A stretch of 43,848 nt of DNA from Cercozoa sp. M6MM (Eukaryota; Protista; Endomyxa: Ascetosporea): assembly GCA_040357565.1 (NCBI GenBank), contig JBDODJ010000090.1; one strand, given 5' to 3'. Made by a program: the position numbers and the translations under genes. Below are positions 11,075 through 24,220 of this stretch, one piece after another. Below the pieces are notes generated by a model. The model was not told the DNA's origin and did no database searches. It saw only the letters and a list, made by a program, of their open reading frames with translations. Positions within the stretch are counted from its first letter, which is position 1, and every line of letters begins with the position of its first letter.

Positions 11075-12981
11075 ATGTGGAAAGCTTGCGCTGGCCAGTT
11101 GTGGTTGAAAGGAGCCGATGCTCGAGCGATGTCCTTCGGTTTTGGTGCCCTGGCGATGCTGTTTTTCGGAGAGTACCTCTTGTACCCGACTTCGTCTGCG
11201 TTTCCACAGAAAGACGAATACTTGGCTTTCATTGTGTAAAACCCTTTTTGTCCTCTCCAGTTGCCCCTTTATTTCTCGCCTTTTAACCCTGTTTACCCCT
11301 CCCCGTGCCCCTTCCCTTTCCTGTAGGCCACTGATCCTTATCGTAGCACGGACAGGGATCGTTCTGACCGTGATGTGGTCGCTGTACGCCACCAGTGAGC
11401 GCTGTCCCTGTGTGGTGACGTCGTCATCGTGCGCTCTGTTTGTTGGATTGGCCAGTGCGTGCCCCCTGTTGATGTTGCTGCTGTGGAAGAAACTGCACCT
11501 CTCGACAGTCCTGGTGGGTGCAAGCATGCTATTTGTGTCGCTGGTCCTTTTCGCCGTCGTGTGGGTTCTGCACGCGCGCTACTGGCAACAGCACACGCAG
11601 CGTACTGCAGCTAAGTTTACTGCAGGAGTTGGCTCCGTGCACGTCCAGCCGTTCACCTGGCATGCATGGCTCTCGGCGCTGCTGTTCGGCTTTGCGCCTA
11701 TCCCTTGCTTTGATCCTCTGTCGGGCCTTTCCAACAAGAACGGCAACGACAGAGCAGGCGATGAGACAAGCGATGAGACAAGTGACATGTTCGAACAGCA
11801 CCACATTCTTCGTGCGCTGTTTGTGACACGCGGCATCTTCCTGGCCGCCGGCATCTGGTTCACCACGCGCGGTCTCGCCGACATCCTCATTGGCGACACT
11901 GACAGCAACAAGTCCTTTGGACGACAGTTCTTCTACCAACTGTGCGTTTCTTTGCCTTTCCTACGATAAGAGTACCTTTTGAGTGAGCAGGTTCGCCGCC
12001 GCCATCTCGGAAGAGTTCGGCAAGCTGTGTGCTGCTGCTTCGGGTAGTTTATTCCACTCCGCGTAAGAATGTAAATATCCTCTTTGCAGTGCTGGCGTGC
12101 CTGCGATACCGTCGATTGCCACTGGCCTTACCGATGGCAGCAATGCTATGCGGTGCCATCTTTGGAATCTACGAGAACTACACTTATTTACGGTTTCCTG
12201 AGGCTATAGCTTTCCAACTCTACAGCCACTGTACATTTATGCATCAAAAGATGTGTGCCGTGGTGTAGCTTGGAGCGCATTACCGGATTCGCGCCATGTC
12301 GGTAGGGATACACACAATGTCGCCTTGCATCGTGTCGCTCACCTATCTGATTTATGGTCTGCCCATCGGTACAGTAAATTTACGGTAAGTCTCCCTTGGT
12401 ATATTTATATGATTTTTTTTTTTGACAGCATCGACAAGCTTTGTTCTCGTCGTGTTGCTGCACACTCTCAACAACTCACTGGGTGCTCTGATTGGCCTGT
12501 TTGCCATCTTGACTTGTGGTACGATAACAGAAACTCGTTGCTAAATTAGTTTGACAATATAAATTTGTGAAGTTACGGTATATTTATTTCGTATATTGAT
12601 CTAAATTTACTGGTATATGTGAGGACGCAGTCGTCAATGTGTTGCTGCACTACATGCTGGCGCGTCACCTGTGGTGCAAGCTCCTATCTCTGCCGAAAAC
12701 GCACCGCTCGGTGGCCGTCTTTCTCGCCAACAATCGGGATGTCTACGAGTTGCTTTGTCGGGTAGACGGTTTCTTTTCAACCGCCAATGTAGACATGTTT
12801 CGTGTGTGAACTCAGTGTGGTGCCCAACGCTTCGACCAAGCTCCGGCGGAGCAACAGATCGCCGATTTGGTCCACACGAACCATAGCTACCATCCGGACC
12901 TTCATCTCACGACACGCAGCAACCTCGAGGTCTCGGTTGTGGCGTCGCACAATACGCGAGCATCATCAACCCCACTTCTAG
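11075..12981 (+). CDS. PrsW-family intramembrane glutamic/metallo-protease (multi-pass)
   Basis: Many TM segments. Spliced exons give all four PrsW motifs in order: ISEEFGK (EExxK), FGIYENYTY (FxxxEN), RAMSVGIH (R...H), LLHTLNN (HxxxN). aacaATG at 11075, TAG at 12979-12981. One junction (~12200-12275) needs a non-standard splice. Confidence 0.78.
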
Positions 12982-13422
12982 AGAATTTCTAGAATTCTAA
13001 TCTCCCTTTAAACAACTCAAAAACCTGAAAATCCCAGTCGCCAGTGGACGCGAAGAACTTGCTCTCGTTTGATAGAAGCATTGACCTGCAAGCAATTGCA
13101 CAAAGAAAACGAGAGGAACGCGTTTTGGTCGGTACCGTGACAACCAAGCTAAACCGGTCTCAACAATGACTGACGTTTTTTCCTCTGCAGAAACAGAAAG
13201 CGCGCGAAAGCAAATGCTGGCAGAACCTTGTGCCGAGAAAAATGACGCAGACCCAAAGCCCAACTGTAAAGAAATCGCCTGTTCAAAGGTACTGTAAAAC
13301 TCTAATGCAGACAATTTTTAAAAAAGTAGAATGGTGATTCTGGTAATTTATTAAGGTCGCGGCTTGCCACCCAACCGAGCTGCTGGTGAGACTGAAAGTG
13401 TGCTGAGGCGGGTTTACGCACC

Positions 13423-14605
13423 ATGGAGGCACAGGGCGCCTTCTGGAGTCAAAACTTTGCAGCGGTTTTTTCTCTCATTTTTTCGCCTCACGAGGCCAGA
13501 GCGGCTATGAGCGCACGTGACAGCGCTCCTATTTGTGCTCACATCTGGGGGCACAATGTGGACTCAGTGTGCACGCTGTTCGTTGTCTGGATGCCAATAG
13601 AGTCTTAAATTTATCATTTTTCTTGTGCAGGTCTCGCACCCGGAGCTTGACGCGCTTCTAGCGTCGCCGGACGCCTCGCTAGAGGATGTACTAGACAATA
13701 AGGACGTTCTTTCGGCTTTACAGAACTCGAATGCCTCGCTGCTGGCTTTTTTGTCGGAGGTGCCGCATGTGCGACGCATGGTGGTAGTATCAAGAGTATC
13801 ATTTGTGAAAATGACTCGTGTGTATCCGCGTGCTTGGCAGGAGTTTGTAACGGTACCACCGCCGCCAGAAATGGAAGACGATGAGCGATATTCGCGAAAG
13901 TTGCCATGGTACAGATACCTTCCATGTGTTGACACGCGCGTGCGTTCTGTGTGTATATGTCTGTGTGTTGGCGGTTGTGCAGGGTGGCCAACGAAGTGCT
14001 CAGCAGTGGCATCGACTCAGTGATCGAAACGCTGTGCGAGCCAGAGAACCACCTGCTCGAACACTTGTTTCGCTTTCTCGGCGTCGAGGTTTTCGAAGAG
14101 GAGACCACGGTGGCATCGGCGTCGGCGTCCGGCACGACCACCTCGGCCACAACAGCCACAACAACGACGACGACGACGACAACAACGCCAACGACAACAG
14201 CAGTGATTGACGAAGACGATGACAGTGTGGACCCAGTGCTGGCAGGGTACTTCCGCGCACTGATACAGACACTGGTGGTGCGTGCGCCGGCGCAGTTGGC
14301 CTCGTTCGTGGAGCGACACGCGGCCGCCGTGACGGACGGTTTCATTCGACACCTGGGCAGTCAGTCCGTGATGGAGACACTGGTGACACTGGTGTGGTCG
14401 CCGCTTGGACTCGTTTCGGCTCAGCAACTGGCCGCGCTGGCTCCGCCGATTCCGAACCTCGACACGGCCGAGCCGCTGTGGGACAGCACAGGCTTGCGCA
14501 CCACGGCGCAGCAGCTCTGCCTGTCGCCGCTCGGTCTCGGCAGCGGTCGCTTCTGGGCCATCGAGCAGCGTCTCGTGGTACTTGCCCTTCTCTCTTGACC
14601 TGTGC

Positions 14606-14699
<94 letters not shown>

Positions 14700-17079
14700 C
14701 GTGTGACCGCCTTGGTGTGGACAGGAGAGACTGCTGGAGCAACTGTCGGCCGAGCACACGTGGAACGAAATGGACGCCGCGGCCGCCGTGCTGACGGACC
14801 TGGTGCAGCGGCACGACACGCACACGCAGGCGCTGTTCATGCACCTGGTGTCGCCCGGCGTGAGTGCGCTGCTGTTCGGACAGCTGCACGCCAACCTCGA
14901 GGTGGTGCGGCAGACCGGTGCTGTCTCTGCCGACAGATCTTGTGACGGCGAGCAGCAGCGCCTGGACCCGCTGCAGGTGGCGTGTCTCGGCCGCTCGCTC
15001 TCGGTGGCTACGGCGCTGTTCACGTCGATCGACGCACGACTGGCGCGACACGCCGCCGTCGTGGCTGCGCCGCCTGTGTGGGACCGTGTCTCGCTGCTCG
15101 GCAACGCTTTCGCCGAGCACTGCTTGAGTGCCGCTGCTACCCTGCTCGCTCCTCCTGTAGCCTGTGTTTACCCACTGCCCTTCAGCCTCACCGAGCCTTG
15201 CACAGGAAGGCGACGAGAGCTACCGACTGGGCGAGCTACGCGTACGACTGGCCGAGGCCGTGCGCGCCGTGTTCGTGCGGTGCGGTCTGCACGTGCAGCA
15301 GGAGTTCATTCAGTCGCAAGTGATCAAGTCCATGTTCGATGTGATCTTGTCTTTGCCTCCTCCCTCTTACTGTGCCATACCCATTACCCCCCGCCCCTTG
15401 AGAGTAGTTGTCATTCGCACGGCCGCGCATGTCGCTGGCGCACACGCAGTTGCACGGCATAGTGCTGCGTGTGCTGACGTATGACCCGCTGAGCTCGCAG
15501 ACCGAGGCGGTGCGCGGTGCAGCGCCCGTGTTCCAGCAGCTGCTGCGCCTGGTGCCGGACTACATGCCGCTGAGCAAGGGTCTCACGGTGGGCACCTCGC
15601 TGGGCAGTGCCGCCATCGCGGCCGCCGGTGTCGACAATGCCGGCGCACTGGGCATGTCGGTGGGCGCCGTGCTGGCCGCCGTGCATCGCGACGAGTCGTC
15701 GCCGGCGTGGTTCTCGCTGCGGCAGGTGGCCTGGGCGCCGCACGCCTACCTGAACCCGTCGCTGTTCAAGCCCGAGAACGACAACGTCGACAGCGACAGC
15801 AGTCGCAACGACAGTCAGCTCATCATGTCGTCCTCCTCGGACAGCGAGCGCAGCAGCAGCGACGACGACTCGGACGATGGTCGTTCCGACTCCGACTCGG
15901 ACGAGGAGGCAGCAGAGGACAGCAGCAGCAGCAACACGCAGCAACAGCAGCTGCAGCAGCAGGCTGACGAAGGTCCGAGCGACCTGGAGGTGCGGCAACT
16001 GCAGGACGAGATCTTTGGCGCACTGCAGCAGAGTCGGCACGCCGCGCACGCTGCCGTCGACGACGCCGACGGCGATCTCGACGACATCGAGGCTCAGTTC
16101 GCCAGCGATGACGACGACTTTGACCGTGACGACGATGATGATGACGACGGCATCCCGGTGCGGCAGGCCGAGTGCAGTGCCGAGGAGGAGAACGCCTACC
16201 TACTGCACTCGGCCTTTGAGCGACTGCGTCGCTGGACCGCGCTGCTGCGGCACGTCGTCGTCGACCTCGACTTGGTGCCCACTGCCGCCGCCGTGCTGGA
16301 ACGCAACACCGAGGAGTGCCTGCCTCGGCAGCCCTACGGACACGCCATGGTCGGCTCGAGGCACGGCATGCTCGGCTTCATCACGGTACGCTCACCCTCT
16401 CTCGATGCGTACATGTGTACCTTCCCCTTCCCGTATCCCTTCCCCTATCCGCCTTGTATCCCTCAGGTATGGAGCGAGGTACTGCAAGCCCTCGCCGTGG
16501 AGACCGGCCTGGCACGCCTCGTGGACCGGCACAGCACGGCGAGCGTGTACGCCGTCAAGGCGCGCGAGGCCGGCGTCGACCTGCGCGAGGCAGAGGCGCG
16601 ACACGACGCGCTGGAGGCAGCGGCCACCACGACGAGCAACAGCAGCGAGCACGCCTCGGACCTTGAGCCGGAGGGTGAGGAGCCGGAGGAGCCGGAGGAG
16701 CTGCCAGACTTTTGTGCCATCTTGCGCGCGCACAGTGTCGACGACGCCGACGCGGCCGAGGCGGTGTGCGAGCAGCTGCGTGCTGTCCTGTCGCAGCTGC
16801 GCTCGCCGGCCTTTGCGCAGTTGGTGGCCCTGAGCACTCCCGAGGACGAGCGCAACCGGTACCCGCTGGGTGCTGACGCCACTGGCTTCGACAAGGTCGA
16901 CGACACCTACGATCACTTTGCTGGTATGTGTCTCTGCTGTGTGCTGTGTGGTGTTATGGATACGACTGTACTGAGACTGCTGATTGTAGAGGACGACGAG
17001 GACGTGCACGTGCACGTGCGACACGACCTGCAGCGACTCAATCTCGACGACGACAGTGCTTTCTACTCGCACTACGCCA

Positions 17080-17110
<31 letters not shown>

Positions 17111-18135
17111 CGATGACGATGACGCTGCTGTCTTGTGTAACTTGCCCCCCCCCCCCTGCGTTTCACTTACCTCTACCCTGTACTTGTGTAGATAAGAGTG
17201 ACAACGATGACGACACCGACTGGGCCTTTGCCGATAGTCAGGAGGTATGCTCTTTCCAGTTGTTCTGCTGTAACCCTACCCCCCCCCCCGCAGAGGACAA
17301 CAGTGAACGACTTCGCATGGACAGACGCGAGTGACTTTGATTTCCAACAGCAGCAACAAGTGCAACAGCAGCAACAACAGCCACAAGAACAGCAAGCCTT
17401 CTCATCGCCGGTGCCAGTACCAGTACCAGTGCCTCAGGACGACTGGGCCGCCTTCGATGACCTCATACCCACCATCATTGAGGAAGCGGAGGAGGAGGAG
17501 AACCAAGAGGACCGAGAGGAGGACTCTCAGGAAGCAGCAGTCGCACAGGGAGACGAGCCGGGCGAGTCGCATGTCGTGCGCGAACTGCGCCAGCTGTCGG
17601 TAGCAAGCTCGCCCAACAAGCAGGCGCGCGGCGGTGCCACCAGGTCACGCACGCAGAACCTCACGCAGGCACTCGTGCGCGACATGTGTCACAACAATGA
17701 CAATGACAACGACATCGACATTGACAACGGTCCCAGCAACGTGCTCAACTTTGACGATGTCGATGATGACGAGGAAGATGACTGGGCCAACTTCCAGGTA
17801 CACACATTGTCTTTGTGTCTCATGATGCCTGTGTTGTGTACCTTGGTGCCTCGTAGACTGCCCAGAGCAACGTCGATTTCGCCGAGGCGGTGGACTCACT
17901 GCCGGACGACATCGACGTCGACGAACTCGTGGCAGCGCAGAGTCCCGAAATGAACGTTCGTGTCGCGCTGAATCTCTCCTCGTCCGACGAAGACGACGAC
18001 CAGTCGCAACGGCCAGAGCAAGCCACCGAGAGCGACGCTCCCGGCCGATCACACGAGCAACAGCCTGAGGCGCTTGACGGCGATGGCGAGCCAAGCGTCC
18101 CGGCGGACGATGCTCGTGAACATGAGAGGAATTGA
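13423..18135 (+). CDS. SIT4/PP6 phosphatase-associated (SAPS-domain) regulatory subunit with long acidic tail
   Basis: AFW...ELDALLASPDASLEDVLDNKDVLSALQNSNASLLAFL, DPVLAGYFRALIQTL, FIRHLGSQSVMETL, LGELRVRL and RHGMLGFIT match SAPS blocks. GT-AG introns keep the frame. TGA at 18133-18135. Confidence 0.88.
14608..14698 (+). repeat. Intronic (GT)n microsatellite
   Basis: Direct read. Confidence 0.97.
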
Positions 18136-18329
18136 GTTTTGCCGGTCGGTGAAACTCATTCGATTTGATTGTCGTGTACATTTCAGCTTTGTCAGTTTCG
18201 TTTCGTGTGTCATGATTAAATCGAGAAGGCAAGGGCCTTTCCTTGCTCTAAATTGGAATTTAAAACGAAAAAACGAAGCTAGTACTGGTGGACACCTGCA
18301 ACTAATTATAAAGGCGCGCGGGCCAGTTG

Positions 18330-20943
<2,614 letters not shown>

Positions 20944-21285
20944 CTGTCAGGGGGGGGGGNNNNNNNNNNNNNNNNNNNNNNNNNNNNNNNNNNNNNNNNN
21001 NNNNNNNNNNNNNNNNNNNNNNNNNNNNNNNNNNNNNNNNNNNNNNNNNNNNNNNNNNNATGATGTGGCACGATTAAACTCATGCTGGTACGGTACAGTG
21101 CTAGGTTGTTAGCATTCATTCATTATGGCATACAGTACAATTGAAATACTGGCAACTGATTAATATAATAACTCGAAAGTTGAAAGTAGTGTTGAAGCGA
21201 AGAAGCAAAGCGAAGGTGGTGTAAAAATACACCGGGGGAAGGGGGGTTGCGACATGTCACAGCCGGCAGTCACCTTTTGTCGCAG

Positions 21286-21948
21286 TCAGCGACGACGGTG
21301 AAAGTGAGGAGGCGAGCCGCAGCGCGCTTCGAGTGCGCAAGGCTGCGCACTGCTGCAACGCACGGCGATGGCGTGCTGCAGCCGCAGCTCCAGCAAGTGG
21401 CGGAACAGCTCGCGCGCACGGCGGGCGACGCGCAGCACTCGCGCCTGACGTTCGAGCTCGAGTGCCTCCAGACGCTCGCGCTCGAGTCGTTCCTGCCGCT
21501 CTCGAACGGCGGCAGCAGCTTCGACGGCGAGTTCGCGGAGTTGCAGGCGCTGCTGCTGCTGCCGGCGCTTCCAGCAGACGCGGAAAGACGCGCCTCGCTC
21601 CTGCTGGCGCTGCAGCTGCAGACGCCAGCACTCGCGAGCGGCCGCGTCGCTGTTGAGCAGCAGCAGCAGGTGCTTCTCATGCTCACACGACGGCCCAGGG
21701 CCTGCAGGCGTCGGCGTCGGCGCCGTCTCGTTGTCACGGGGTGCACGCAGGCACCCGAAGAGGTTGCGCAGGAAAGTCTGCGCACACGCACACACAGAGA
21801 CAGAGACTCGTGAATGAATGCACTGACTGTGTATAAAGACAAAACAAAAGACAGAAAACGACGGGCCAAAAACAAAAAACAAAAAACAAAACGACAAAAA
21901 AGAGAAGCGGACTCTCGGAGCAGCCCAGAAACCACTCCCACAGTGCAT
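21286..21948 (-). CDS. Small hypothetical coiled-coil protein
   Basis: Exon TFLRNLFGCL...RERQERLERERLEALELERQARVLRVARRARELF...HRRR* with host-like GC3, preceded by a T/GT-rich intron. Start uncertain; further GTGAGT donors lie upstream. Confidence 0.5.
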   Translation of the reverse strand: MHCGSGFWAAPRVRFSFLSFCFLFFVFGPSFSVFCFVFIHSQCIHSRVSVSVCACAQTFLRNLFGCLRAPRDNETAPTPTPAGPGPSCEHEKHLLLLLNSDAAARECWRLQLQRQQERGASFRVCWKRRQQQQRLQLRELAVEAAAAVRERQERLERERLEALELERQARVLRVARRARELFRHLLELRLQHAIAVRCSSAQPCALEARCGSPPHFHRRR

Positions 21949-22630
21949 CGACGCCCCAAACAACAGTGTTGCACAGTGAAATACAGGCACACAGAAAACT
22001 CACCATTTCACAAAGCGCAAAAAAGCGTTCTTATAGTGCACAGTGCACTCTGGCGTTCGGGTAGTTTCTCGTATCACAAGTCTCAAACTCACACAATGCG
22101 TGGTGAAAGAAGGGGCCAATTTTTTGTACAAATCGCGTGCCGAGCACTCACATGGCTACACCGGAATCCATTCGACCTTCCAAGGTGTGCCAGAGTGTCA
22201 CTACACTCGCCCCATCACCCTGCACACACCCACTTGAAACGCCCAGAAGCCGCGCCCACAGCAAGAACGTGCTTAGATTAGATGTGGAACGTGTGCAGCG
22301 GGGTCTCAAAACTGCACAAAAGCCGCTGCACACCTCCCGACGTGCTCTCGAGCCGCAACAAAAATCAAGTTTGCAAACAAAATCAGTCACTCGGTGCGCG
22401 TTTCTCCACCCACAGCGCCGGTGACTAGTGACACTTTTGTGGGCAGTCCTGAAACTCCACTAGTATTTCCTGCCTAATAGACGTGCCTAAACCTCTAATT
22501 GCGCTCAGCGAGATCGGGAACACCGGAACAGGTATTTTTGGCTCAAACTGACACAACTTATACTGTACGAGCTAGAACTGTGTTTGCTGCTGTGTGCGGC
22601 TGTGTGCTAGTTGTCAGTTAGTTAGCAGCG

Positions 22631-22768
22631 CTACTTGTACAGGCAATACTCGATCCAGGACATCTCGACGAGCGAGCGAATGGCCTGGTAGACCGACCTG
22701 CAGCACGTCGTCCAGCTGCCGCACTGCTCGACTCGGCGTGTTGCCGTGCACTTGCAAGTAGAAGAATA
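22631..22768 (-). other. Terminal exon-like segment containing a frame switch (13-nt intron or pseudogene indel)
   Basis: Host-like codons read FFYLQVHGNTPSRAVRQLDDVLQ in one frame, then AIRSLVEMSWIEYCLYK* in another. A typical acceptor precedes it and 3'UTR-like sequence follows. Confidence 0.45.
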
Positions 22769-23214
22769 CTGTTTTCTGTGTCGGCGTTGTTGAAATAAAA
22801 GAAGAGAAGAGGTGGCTGTGTCTGGGGGTCCCGTATCCACACCACGAAGTGTTACTTACTTCTGGTGAATATAAATTTCAAATTTCCCTTTTTGTCGGTG
22901 CACTCCCTCTCTTTTTGTTTGGCTTAAACATATTCGATAGCTTATGTGTATCGTATGGCGTGGGCGTATATATCGTCTACTAACGTAGTAGTTACAGCAC
23001 TAGTCAGGCGAGAATCAGTTCGACTTGACGTTGATGTTCATGTACGATGGAGACGAGCCAGTTACTCGGCGCAGCTACTCTGGCGCACCTTGTATCGTAC
23101 ACAGGGATGCTACCCCTGTATGCGTCCCTTGTATGCTTGTGTGTGCAGCAAGCAACGGGCGGTGACGGCAACCTGCGAGGCCATTCTGTCCCGTCTCGTC
23201 GTCTTTCGGCAGTA

Positions 23215-23602
<388 letters not shown>

Positions 23603-24220
23603 CTAAAGCCCGGCTCGAGTGTTCGATATGTCGCTCGCACACGACGCCAGATAAAACGACATGTGCTGTACGGCACAACACACGCACATGCCTGTAGCTG
23701 ACGCTACGGTCAATAGCATTTCTCAACCAGTCAAATTGTCATCTGACTAAACTTACTCGTCAGCGCGGACGATCAAATCTGAACCAGTATGGTTAATAGT
23801 GGAGGGTTAGTTTTGCTAGGTATCTCCTGCATTACATCCTGAGGCTTCTACCTTGCATTGTCAAGTGTTGTGCAGACCTGACTTCTTAGCTTGGGTCAAG
23901 CTTTCTACAGATCACGCTCTTTGACTGCAGGTATCTCTTCTCCAGCTTCCTTCTACGGAGCTCTTGTCCCTTCGCTTGATACGTTCTGCCGTGATAGTGC
24001 TCGGGCTGTTCTTTTTTAATTGCCATCAACAAGCCTTCGAGCTTTCGACGACCTTTTCTACAAGGGTAATTTACTGTATCGTGTGTCTTCTCATCCTCAG
24101 CATCGACGCCATTCTATCTGACGTTTTACTTCTTTTATTTAGTCGTCTTCAATACCTTAGTTTCTGCGCTGGTTTCCATATCGCAACATCTAGGACAGGT
24201 GGACTGGCAATTACACTCAC

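Noticed and set aside
21270-21290. TGA readthrough or micro-intron joining the coiled-coil gene to the Q-rich gene
   Set aside because: Codon use stays host-like up to the stop, 3'UTR-like DNA follows, and an N-gap prevents any test.
22291-22333. 11-bp stem (gtgtgcagcgg/ccgctgcacac) as an element terminus
   Set aside because: No matching partner end or Helitron CTRR spacing was found; it may be a 5'UTR hairpin or chance.
24090-24160. TAA/TAG reassigned to Gln (K*KK*NVR*)
   Set aside because: TAA, TAG and TGA all end well-defined genes in this window, and conserved exons have no internal stops.
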